Part shown: positions 54,276 through 61,522 of the stretch, piece after piece
Position numbering within the stretch: position 1 is the stretch's first letter
Layout: each line of letters opens with the position of its first letter
Source of the DNA: Candidatus Micrarchaeota archaeon
Lineage (GTDB): Archaea > Micrarchaeota > Micrarchaeia > Micrarchaeales > CABMGC01
DNA: 64,000 nucleotides
Assembly: GCA_028867335.1 (NCBI GenBank)
Contig: JAGWGN010000001.1
Coordinates: 22,910-86,909, forward strand
Direction of reading: 5' to 3'
Program-made: the position numbers and the translations under genes
The notes under the pieces: model-generated
What the model was told of the DNA's origin: nothing
What the model saw: only the letters and a program-made list of their open reading frames with translations
Databases searched by the model: none

Positions 54276-54294
54276 TTGACATGAATTTCCTAAA

Positions 54295-54783
54295 TCAGTC
54301 TGAATATTCAAAAGAAAGTTTGTTATATTCATCCGTATTATAACTGCCAATCCCTTCCTCGTGCCACAGAACAAATTCCTTTATCCCAACGTCAAGCGCC
54401 ATCTTGCTGCAGATGGTGCAGTACGGCTTTCCTGCCCTGGTTGGCAGGTTCCTCTCATCTAATCTTATGAAGTATAATCTTGACCCGACTATCTTGGTCG
54501 GGTTTGTCTTCAGGGCTTCGATTATCGCCCTCTGCTCGGCGTGGACGCAGCAGGTCTTGTCTGTCACCCTCTTGTTGTATAGCTCCTTCTCATTGCCGCA
54601 CCTTCTCTGGTCCTCCCTGTTTGCTGGTGGTGAGTTGAATCCCCTTCCTATGATGGTTCCATCGCTGCCCACTATCACGCTTCCGCACTTGTGCCTCTGG
54701 CAGCTTGCTTGGGAGGCAGCCTCCGCTGCCTCAAGCATGTATTCTTCAGCCTCGATCTGCTCCTTTGTGGACATATATCGCAT
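54295..54783 (-). CDS. dCMP deaminase (cytidine/deoxycytidylate deaminase family)
   Basis: HAEQRAI (zinc His plus catalytic Glu) and PCTICSKM (PCxxC) are present. A leaderless start is likely at ATG 54783 (MRYMSTKE), ~27 nt from TATA. The track extends to 54840, into the repeat. Confidence 0.85.
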   Translation of the reverse strand: MRYMSTKEQIEAEEYMLEAAEAASQASCQRHKCGSVIVGSDGTIIGRGFNSPPANREDQRRCGNEKELYNKRVTDKTCCVHAEQRAIIEALKTNPTKIVGSRLYFIRLDERNLPTRAGKPYCTICSKMALDVGIKEFVLWHEEGIGSYNTDEYNKLSFEYSD

Positions 54784-54829
54784 ACTTTTGTTATGGCCGC
54801 AAAATTCTATATCGTTTATGTCCTGCCTT

Positions 54830-55090
54830 GGGATATACACACTCTATATCTACTCCCAACTCCAGTGTACACTCCTGTTTCTGCCGACAAGACCTCTTGG
54901 GATATACACGCAAAACAAGGAGGGTGTGCAGATGGTTCTAGGATGTTTTTAGAGACTCTCCGCACTATATATCTCTCCCCCACCCCTGTGGAGAGTCCCT
55001 TCTCTCTCGACAGATGGGTTAAGGGTCTCCACGCTATGCCCATGGGGGTGCGGAGAGCATTCCAAGATGTTCTTGGCGGATTTTATCCTA
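54830..55090 (+). repeat. hairpin-repeat block 2 (units C+D), paralogous to block 1
   Basis: Unit D aligns to unit B at roughly 80% identity over the first ~60 nt (hand alignment). The arms CTCTCCGCAC (54956-54965) and GTGCGGAGAG (55048-55057) are perfectly complementary. A small hairpin CCAAGA-TGT-TCTTGG lies at 55062-55076. The block ends in GGATTTTAT. Confidence 0.6.
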
Positions 55091-55708
55091 ACCCTTCTGG
55101 ATTGAGAGGACCTTGATCTTGAATATCAGGGTCTGGCCCGCAAGCGGTGCGTTGAAGTTGACAGTTGCAACTGTCGCATTGAGCGAGGTTACCACCCCCC
55201 TTCTCTGGATGCCGCTGATTATCGTGCTGATCTGGTCTCCTAACTTGATCGAGCTGCTCTGGTTGCCAAAGGCGCTAAGAGGGACCGGTATTATCAGGGA
55301 TGGATCTACAGGCCCGTATGCCTGCTCTGGCGGTATTGTGATGTTCTTTGTCTCGTTGAGACTCATTCCTATCACTCCCATATCAAATCCCTGGATAAGC
55401 TGCCCTCCTCCCACCTTGAATGTAAGCGGCGGCTTGCCGTTGCCTGCGTTCGTGTCAAAGACGGTTCCGTTTGTGAAGGTTCCCGTGTACTCAACGCTTA
55501 TGTTGTCCCCTGTCGCCACTACTGGCGCAGAGACTCCTGCCGCTTTCGCGGATGTGCTGCTTATTGCCAAGTAAATCACTCCAATTACTATGATTGCCGC
55601 AAGGATGTAGAGAGGCTTTATCTCAAATTTTGCCTTCTTCTGGGTTTCATGGGCCTTGTGGTCGTGCTTTGTGGTTTCGTGTGCCGCTTTTTGTTGATCT
55701 GCCGCCAT
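55088..55708 (-). CDS. membrane-anchored FKBP-type peptidyl-prolyl cis-trans isomerase
   Basis: An N-terminal TM helix is followed by VEYTGTFTNGTVFDTN...FKVGGGQLIQGFDMGVIGM...IPPEQAYG. Confidence 0.85.
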   Translation of the reverse strand: MAADQQKAAHETTKHDHKAHETQKKAKFEIKPLYILAAIIVIGVIYLAISSTSAKAAGVSAPVVATGDNISVEYTGTFTNGTVFDTNAGNGKPPLTFKVGGGQLIQGFDMGVIGMSLNETKNITIPPEQAYGPVDPSLIIPVPLSAFGNQSSSIKLGDQISTIISGIQRRGVVTSLNATVATVNFNAPLAGQTLIFKIKVLSIQKG

Positions 55709-55712
55709 CTTA

Positions 55713-56954
55713 TCACTCTGGTTTTAGTATAACAGAACTGTAGCTTTTCGTCTTAATATACTTTTTGCAATACTTCTTAACATCCGCAAGCTTAACCTGC
55801 GATATCAGGTCCGGAAGGTTTTCAGTGTACTTGTAATCTCCGGTGGTCAGTGTCATGCTCGTTATCGAATTTGCCATCGCCATCGTGTTCTCCCTGAGGA
55901 TCCTGTACTGGGCGATGAGTCCTTCCTTCGCCTTTTTGATGTCATCCTCAGTTATCTGGCCCTTCCTCATCTTTTCAAATTCTTCGAGTATTATCCCCTT
56001 CACCTCCTGAATCTTCTTGGGCTCCACTCCCGCCTGCACCGCAATGAAACCAAAGGTGCTGAGCTGGAAGTAAGATGCCCACTGAATGTATGAAAGCCCC
56101 CTCTTCTCCCTAACCTCATCGGTTATCCTGTAGTTAAGCACCCTGGCCGCAGTGATGAGCGCGGTGGTTTCCCTTACTGTGGACGGATGGAATTCCCTGC
56201 ACTTGAAACCCACCCCGATTATTGCCTGCTTTATGTTCTCCTTTCTTACAGTAACCTCATTCTTTACCTGCGGTTCCCTTGCAAGCGGCCTCTGCTTCTT
56301 TACCTCCCTCTTATTAAACTTCGAGAAATATTTTTCAGCAAGCCTCTTTGCGACTTCTATTCCTACGCTTCCGTATATGGCAACAACCGTGTTTTGAGGA
56401 GTGTAGTAAGTCTGGTATATCTTAAGCAAATCTTCCCTCTTGATCCCCTTTATCGACTCCCTATTTCCGACCATCTTCCTTCCTGCAGGGTGCCTTTTGT
56501 AGAGTGCCTTAGGGAGGTGGTCCCAGAAGAAGTACTGGTTGTTGTCCTCCCTCATCAGCTCCTCGTTTAGAACAGGTCCCCTCTCCAATTCAAATTCGGT
56601 TTTTGGTATTGTCGAGTTGAGGAACAAATCCGAAAGCAGCTCTATCATTTTTGGGAAATTGTCCTTGTATGCCTGGAAGTAGTATGTTGTTCTCTCAAAA
56701 TCAGTGTAGGCATTCCACATTATCCCCATGTCGCGTATCTCTTCTTTTATCTGGCTTACAGTTCGTGTCTTTGTGCCCTTGAAAAGCATGTGCTCAAGGA
56801 AATGGGCAGCTCCCATTGTCTGGTCACTGTCATCCATCGAGCCGTAGCTCACTCCGATAGCGATAGATACGCTCTCAAGGTAAGGCGTAGGATATATGAA
56901 GATTCTAACTCCGTTTTTCAAGGTGAAGGATTCGCTTTTCATGTTTTTCCTCAA
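55713..56954 (-). CDS. M16-family (pitrilysin/insulinase) zinc peptidase
   Basis: GAAHFLEHMLFKGT carries the inverted HxxEH zinc motif. Confidence 0.85.
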   Translation of the reverse strand: MRKNMKSESFTLKNGVRIFIYPTPYLESVSIAIGVSYGSMDDSDQTMGAAHFLEHMLFKGTKTRTVSQIKEEIRDMGIMWNAYTDFERTTYYFQAYKDNFPKMIELLSDLFLNSTIPKTEFELERGPVLNEELMREDNNQYFFWDHLPKALYKRHPAGRKMVGNRESIKGIKREDLLKIYQTYYTPQNTVVAIYGSVGIEVAKRLAEKYFSKFNKREVKKQRPLAREPQVKNEVTVRKENIKQAIIGVGFKCREFHPSTVRETTALITAARVLNYRITDEVREKRGLSYIQWASYFQLSTFGFIAVQAGVEPKKIQEVKGIILEEFEKMRKGQITEDDIKKAKEGLIAQYRILRENTMAMANSITSMTLTTGDYKYTENLPDLISQVKLADVKKYCKKYIKTKSYSSVILKPE

Positions 56955-57442
56955 TTGCCTAAGGCTTCCCCAAGCTTGTCAAGAGACTCGTTCCAGCCCT
57001 GCCTTGCCCTGTCGATCATTTCGTCTGGAAGCCCCATGTATCTAACGGTGAGCTTGGTCTTTCCCCCAACCTCATTGAATGTGACCGTGACCATGGCCTC
57101 AAGCGCCATATCTGCGCTCATGCCGTAGGTTGACGCAGGGATAACGTTTCCCTTCTCGTCCGAGAAGCTGGTTGTTGCCACGATCTTGCTATGCGGAACT
57201 ATCTCCTTGAACTTGCCCGTGTTCCAAAAGTCCTTCTGCCCACCCATCGCCTTTGCGATCTCATCAGATGCGCGCATGCAGTAGAGGTACTTTCCTCCGA
57301 CTTTGAAGTCTATTGTGATAAATGGTGCCGTGAATCCTCTCGGTCCCCACCACTTCATAATCTCCTTTTGCGTGGTCCATGCCTTCCACACCCTCTCCCT
57401 TGGCACATCGAAAATCCGCTCTACGACAAGTTCCTTGCCCAT
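56951..57442 (-). CDS. SRPBCC/AHSA1-domain protein
   Basis: The sequence ERIFDVPRERVWKAWTTQKEIMKWWGPRGFT is present. Confidence 0.8.
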   Translation of the reverse strand: MGKELVVERIFDVPRERVWKAWTTQKEIMKWWGPRGFTAPFITIDFKVGGKYLYCMRASDEIAKAMGGQKDFWNTGKFKEIVPHSKIVATTSFSDEKGNVIPASTYGMSADMALEAMVTVTFNEVGGKTKLTVRYMGLPDEMIDRARQGWNESLDKLGEALGN

Positions 57443-57444
57443 TA

Positions 57445-57639
57445 TTATCTACCCTTCTGTGCAATCTTCTTAACCTTCAAATATAATCCTAAGTCAAAGT
57501 TCGCAGATTCGAGTACGGAGTTTATCAAAACTGCCTGCTGTCTTGACCATTGGGCATCGGTGCTGACTCTTATGTGGTTGGCCCATAATCTAACAAAACT
57601 GAGCCTTTCAACCATGTCTCTTTTACTATGCGATTCCAT
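57445..57639 (-). CDS. hypothetical small protein overlapping the NTase gene by 14 nt
   Basis: 64-aa ORF in an operon position. No motif recognised. Confidence 0.35.
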   Translation of the reverse strand: MESHSKRDMVERLSFVRLWANHIRVSTDAQWSRQQAVLINSVLESANFDLGLYLKVKKIAQKGR

Positions 57640-58228
57640 ATCTCTTCATCCACTTTTCTACCTTAAGTTCCTTACTCATCTTTGCCATCAATTCCTTATT
57701 AAGTTTGCCCTTGAAGAGCTCACTTATATGAACTGCGTCCTCAATGTCCTTTTCTGATCCCAACCAGAGCTTGAATGGTATCTGAACCTCAAGTGGCGAC
57801 ATGAAAAATATCCTTCTCTTTACGATTACCTTCAAAGGCGTTCTGAGAATCGTCAAGTCAAGGACCTTCTTCGGGAATTTTATCTCAAAATTCGGTATCC
57901 ATTTCCCCTTCTCAGCAATTCTTATTGCAAGCCCATCTTCAAGGAATCCAAAAGCCTCCCTTTTGCTGTCGGTGTTCACTATCCAGTATCCATTTTCAAT
58001 CAGCCTGTCAAAAAACAAGGAGAATCTTCGGTAACTTAGTTTCTCTATAAAGAGATCTATGTCCTCGGTGGTCCTGCTCCTGCCCAAAAAGATCGCAACG
58101 TAGCCGCTTACTATTACATATCTTATCTTGGACTTTGAAACCAGGTCCAAAAAATCTAGCACGATCCTGTCAAGCTCGTTAAGCGTCTTGTCGAACTTAA
58201 GAGTCCCTTTTTCAAGGCTAAATTTCAC
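57626..58228 (-). CDS. nucleotidyltransferase-fold protein (MNT/AbiEii-like)
   Basis: VSGYVAIFLGRSRTTEDIDLFI fits the NTase G[SG]...DxD motif. The gene is AT-rich and directly downstream of tRNA-Asp. Confidence 0.5.
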   Translation of the reverse strand: MKFSLEKGTLKFDKTLNELDRIVLDFLDLVSKSKIRYVIVSGYVAIFLGRSRTTEDIDLFIEKLSYRRFSLFFDRLIENGYWIVNTDSKREAFGFLEDGLAIRIAEKGKWIPNFEIKFPKKVLDLTILRTPLKVIVKRRIFFMSPLEVQIPFKLWLGSEKDIEDAVHISELFKGKLNKELMAKMSKELKVEKWMKRYGIA

Positions 58229-58242
58229 TTACGCACTACAGG

Positions 58243-58348
58243 TGGCGCCTCGGCCGGGATTCGAACCCGGGTTTCAGGGTCTATTAGAGCAAACTAATAG
58301 GCTTACCAGCGTGACAGGCTAGTGTGCTAACCACTACACTACCGAGAC
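58243..58348 (-). tRNA. tRNA-Asp (GTC) with a ~30-nt insertion (intron) 3' of the anticodon stem; encoded CCA
   Basis: The minus strand reads GTCTCGG-TA-GTGT..GCAC-A-CTAGC-CTGTCAC-GCTGG, then 35 nt (TAAGCCTATTAGTTTGCTCTAATAGACCCTGAAAC). It continues CCGGG-TTCGAAT-CCCGG-CCGAGGC-G-CCA. The insertion contains a 7-bp hairpin, CTATTAG/CTAATAG. Confidence 0.8.
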
Positions 58349-58395
58349 ACACACCCACTACTTATTGGTGGATAAATGGTTAAAATGCTTTGGTT

Positions 58396-58656
58396 TTAGT
58401 AGGAATAATCATGGTGTTCAAAGGATTTGAGTGCTACCTGTCGTATTTCCTCATTTATTGTATATTCCAAAACAAATGGGCCGATGTGCACATGCCATAT
58501 TCCTTTTAGGTAGGATCTCATCGGGTCTGCAATTCTAGGATTAATGAGGAGTTGGCCAATCTTTCTGTATAGCTGCCTGTGCGTCGCAAGGTCCCTTCTT
58601 CTAAGTTTGTTTAACTCCTTTTGGAGTTTATTTGGTACGAAAAGCGAATAAGGCAT
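58396..58656 (-). CDS. RelE/YafQ-like type II toxin
   Basis: 86 aa. The sequence LKGIWHVHIGPFVLEYTINEEIRQVALKSFEHHD fits the RelE-fold C-terminal pattern. Confidence 0.6.
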   Translation of the reverse strand: MPYSLFVPNKLQKELNKLRRRDLATHRQLYRKIGQLLINPRIADPMRSYLKGIWHVHIGPFVLEYTINEEIRQVALKSFEHHDYSY

Positions 58657-58705
58657 CTCATCCTCTCGCCAAGGTCCGTCCTATGCAACACCCAGAATTA
58701 GGCTA

Positions 58706-58984
58706 TTACGAAGTTGCTTTTGCAAACTCCGCGAAATCCTTGTAAACCGTGCCTTTTATTTTTCCATTTTTGTAATCCGTCAGCCATTTCTTGATTCTTT
58801 TTGCAGCCTCCGGTTTAATTTTGTGGTCTTTGACGGGTTTACCACAGTATTCGCAAATATTAGACTCCCTTTCATTTTCCTTGACTACCTTCTCCAAAAG
58901 CATAGTAATCCTGTCAAGTTTCCTCTCTATACGTCCCTCCACCGCTTTCTTTCTTTGAACGCTTACAGCCTTCATTTCTACCAA
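58706..58984 (-). CDS. candidate antitoxin of the upstream-antitoxin/downstream-toxin pair
   Basis: 92-aa ORF, 50 nt upstream of the toxin on the same strand. The assignment rests on position only. Confidence 0.4.
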   Translation of the reverse strand: MVEMKAVSVQRKKAVEGRIERKLDRITMLLEKVVKENERESNICEYCGKPVKDHKIKPEAAKRIKKWLTDYKNGKIKGTVYKDFAEFAKATS

Positions 58985-59036
58985 TTAATTTACTTTCTTA
59001 ACTGCTTTAAACCTTCCGAAATTTTTATAAAAATTA

Positions 59037-59498
59037 TTAACTTTTATTGCCCAAAATCTGTTTCTGCAGAGCTCTTAGTTCCTTCTCCGTTGCCTTTGGC
59101 CCCATAAGGGTTGAGACGTATCCCGGGTACTCCTCGAAGAAGATCTCCTGCTTTGCGAGCACCTCCTCGAACTCCTTTTGGTGCAGGCCTATTGCAGGGT
59201 AGAGCTTCGCGTGGAGGTGGTTCACCCCCATGCCTTCTAGTACCATATGGACTCTCCCAACATCAATCCCCTTTTCAAGTACTGCTGCAACCTTTTTTAT
59301 CGCCTTGATGAACTCGGCAAGCACCGCATCGTCAAGCTTGAATGCATCGCTTTGGTAGTGCCTCTTTGGGATCACAAGCGTCTGCCCCCTGATGTTTGGG
59401 AAGATGTCTAGGAACGCGTAGAAATTTTCGTCCTCCCAGATCTTGTAGGAGGGAATCTCCCCATTTGCAATCCTGCAGAACAGGCAGCTTTCGGCCAT
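59037..59498 (-). CDS. HIT-family protein (second paralogue)
   Basis: The sequences CLFCRIANGEIPSYKIWEDE and VNHLHAKLYP are present. Confidence 0.85.
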   Translation of the reverse strand: MAESCLFCRIANGEIPSYKIWEDENFYAFLDIFPNIRGQTLVIPKRHYQSDAFKLDDAVLAEFIKAIKKVAAVLEKGIDVGRVHMVLEGMGVNHLHAKLYPAIGLHQKEFEEVLAKQEIFFEEYPGYVSTLMGPKATEKELRALQKQILGNKS

Positions 59499-59557
59499 AT
59501 CCTTACTATTCCATTGCAGGATTTATAACTTTACCGCGATATATCTGCGGTGAGATC

Positions 59558-60202
59558 ATGAACATAGGGGTACTTGGGACAGGAATGGTCGGACGTGTAA
59601 TATCAAGCAAGCTGATTCAGCTGGGCCACAGCGTCAAGATGGGATCAAGGACTGCTGACAATGCGTCAGCTGCGGAGTGGGTGAAGGCAAACGGCGCAGG
59701 CGCTACCCAGGGAACATTTGAGGACGCGGCAAAGTTCGGTGAGATTGTATTCAACTGCACGCTGGGCATGGCATCTCTTGAGGCGCTGAAGGCGGCAGGC
59801 GAGCAGAACCTGGGCGGAAAGATCCTTGTCGACCTCTCAAACCCCCTTGACTTCTCGCACGGCATGCCCCCATCATTTTCCGTTTGCAACACCGACTCGC
59901 TCGGCGAGCAGATCCAAAGGGCATTCCCTGCGGCCAAGGTTGTCAAGACCTTAAACACGATGAATGCGCTCATCATGGTCAATCCCTCGATTGTCCCAGG
60001 CGAACATGACATCTTTGTGTGCGGAGACGATTCTGCCGCCAAGGCAAAGGTAAGCGAGATTCTCAAGGCATTCGGCTGGAGCTCCATACTTGACATGGGG
60101 GACATCAAGAGCGCAAGGGGAACGGAGATGCTTGTTATGATGTGGGCGCTGCTCTACGGAAAGTTCGGCAGCCCGAACTTCAACTTCAGGATAGTGAAGT
60201 AG
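59558..60202 (+). CDS. NADP-binding oxidoreductase (F420-dependent NADP reductase / ProC-like Rossmann)
   Basis: MNIGVLGTGMVGRVISSKL contains the GxGxxG motif. The track ORF from 59396 is a spurious upstream extension, antisense to HIT. Confidence 0.65.
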   Translation: MNIGVLGTGMVGRVISSKLIQLGHSVKMGSRTADNASAAEWVKANGAGATQGTFEDAAKFGEIVFNCTLGMASLEALKAAGEQNLGGKILVDLSNPLDFSHGMPPSFSVCNTDSLGEQIQRAFPAAKVVKTLNTMNALIMVNPSIVPGEHDIFVCGDDSAAKAKVSEILKAFGWSSILDMGDIKSARGTEMLVMMWALLYGKFGSPNFNFRIVK

Positions 60203-60436
60203 TCATTTTGCCCTTAGGAATTTGAATCTCGGCACCATTTTGCCGTTTATTTTTACCTTTTCGGCAAACATCTTCGCTGGCCTCACCCAGATTGCGTTCT
60301 TTCCGAACTCCCTGCTTTTGTAGAATGCCTGATAGACAACAAGTTCATCCAGCGTCTCGCTGTGCCGCGCAATTCCCAGGACCCTGTACCTCTTGCCTTT
60401 GTAGTGCCCGTATATTCCCTTTTTTATCTTAATCAT
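60203..60436 (-). CDS. DUF1653-domain protein
   Basis: The sequence GIYGHYKGKRYRVLGIARHSETLDELVVYQA is present. Confidence 0.7.
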   Translation of the reverse strand: MIKIKKGIYGHYKGKRYRVLGIARHSETLDELVVYQAFYKSREFGKNAIWVRPAKMFAEKVKINGKMVPRFKFLRAK

Positions 60437-60934
60437 CTAATCCCCGGAAAGAATCCTCTTGATTGACTCCACAATCTCCTCTATCGCCTTGTCTGTGACC
60501 TTCTCGTTTCTTTTATCCTCCTCCGGGGAATAGACCTTCTTGTGCTCCTCCCCGACGATTCCCCTTCCGCCGCCCGCCGCGATCGCCCCATCTAGAACCG
60601 GGTTTGGTATGCGCATCCTGACCTCGTCTAGGTCCACCGTGAAATCTATGCTCGTGTTCACCTTGTAGAGCGCCTCAATCTCGTTAGGCATCGTCTTTAG
60701 TATGTAGTTTAGCGCCCCGTACTTTGTTTGGAGCAGCTCCTCAAAGAGCTTGAGCAACTCCCTTAACTGCCTCTTCTCATCACCTGTGTAGTCCTTGAAG
60801 TAGTCACCGCGCCTGACAAGCAGCCCTTTCTCTATCTGCTTTATCCGCTTTACCAGCGGCTCCTCCTCAAGGTTCTTGTGCAGCCTCTTTACTGCCTCGC
60901 TTGGCTCTTCCTCTGGCTTGTTTGGCGGATACAT
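60437..60934 (-). CDS. hypothetical protein
   Basis: 165-aa ORF abutting DUF1653 with no gap. No motif recognised. Confidence 0.5.
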   Translation of the reverse strand: MYPPNKPEEEPSEAVKRLHKNLEEEPLVKRIKQIEKGLLVRRGDYFKDYTGDEKRQLRELLKLFEELLQTKYGALNYILKTMPNEIEALYKVNTSIDFTVDLDEVRMRIPNPVLDGAIAAGGGRGIVGEEHKKVYSPEEDKRNEKVTDKAIEEIVESIKRILSGD

Positions 60935-61030
60935 ATCAACGTAGAAGCAATCTCCTCGCTGATATAAAATACCTTTGGGAATTTTGGCAATAGTAATTTA
61001 AATTTGAGGAACCCTGTCTAATGTGATACT

Positions 61031-61273
61031 ATGAAAAACGGCAAGAAGCCCTCAAGAAACGAGCTCATGAACGATTACAAGCTACTAGACAAGATGTCCA
61101 GGGAGATAATCCTTCACCAAAAGAATATCAAAATCATCCGCGACGCGATCGCAAAGAAGGTGAACTCGGACGTCAAGTTCGGCCTGATTGAGAACCTTGA
61201 TGTGGTCATGGGCCACATGAAGAAGGCGATGAAGGAGATGGACGATGCGCGCAAGGAGCTCAAGGAGATCTAG
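61031..61273 (+). CDS. hypothetical coiled-coil small protein
   Basis: 80-aa ORF. Confidence 0.45.
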   Translation: MKNGKKPSRNELMNDYKLLDKMSREIILHQKNIKIIRDAIAKKVNSDVKFGLIENLDVVMGHMKKAMKEMDDARKELKEI

Positions 61274-61297
61274 ATCCCTCTTTTTATCAGAAAGAAC

Positions 61298-61401
61298 TCC
61301 CGTTGGGGAGAATCGAACTCCCAACCTGTCGGTATCCAGCAATGCATAGCAGTGCTAGTCACAAACTACAGCCGACCGCTCTACCTTTGAGCTACAACGG
61401 G
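61298..61401 (-). tRNA. tRNA-Tyr (GTA) with a ~32-nt canonical (37/38) intron
   Basis: The minus strand reads CCCGTTG-TA-GCTC..GAGC-G-GTCGG-CTGTAG, then [TTTGTGACTAGCACTGCTATGCATTGCTGGAT]. It continues A-CCGAC-AGGTT-GGGAG-TTCGATT-CTCCC-CAACGGG-A. The C1:G72 pair is as expected for archaeal tRNA-Tyr. Confidence 0.85.
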
Positions 61402-61522
61402 GCATAATCATTATTGCCTTAAGATTAATATTAATATCCGATTACGCCGTATCCGGGCTAATTATACAAAACCATAAACCTGATTTAAAAACTCCAAGGG
61501 CCAAAGCAATCTGTCTGATTCA

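Noticed and set aside
54005-55090. Whether the hairpin repeats could be a CRISPR array or integron attC sites.
   Set aside because: There is no short exact direct repeat alternating with unique spacers, and no cas genes. The units are ~128 bp and mutually diverged. The attC R'/R'' consensus (GTTRRRY/RYYYAAC) is absent and no integron integrase is present.
54404-55116. Plus-strand ORFs (182, 141 and 78 aa) and a minus-strand 75-aa ORF running through the deaminase gene and repeat block 2.
   Set aside because: The apparent internal peptide repeats merely mirror the DNA repeats. The paralogous block 1 has no open frame, so coding potential is not conserved.
59396-59557. The N-terminal 54 aa of the oxidoreductase track ORF.
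   Set aside because: It is antisense to the HIT gene and Arg/Pro-rich. The Rossmann GxGxxG motif begins right at the ATG at 59558, which follows a TATA-like ATTTATAAC.
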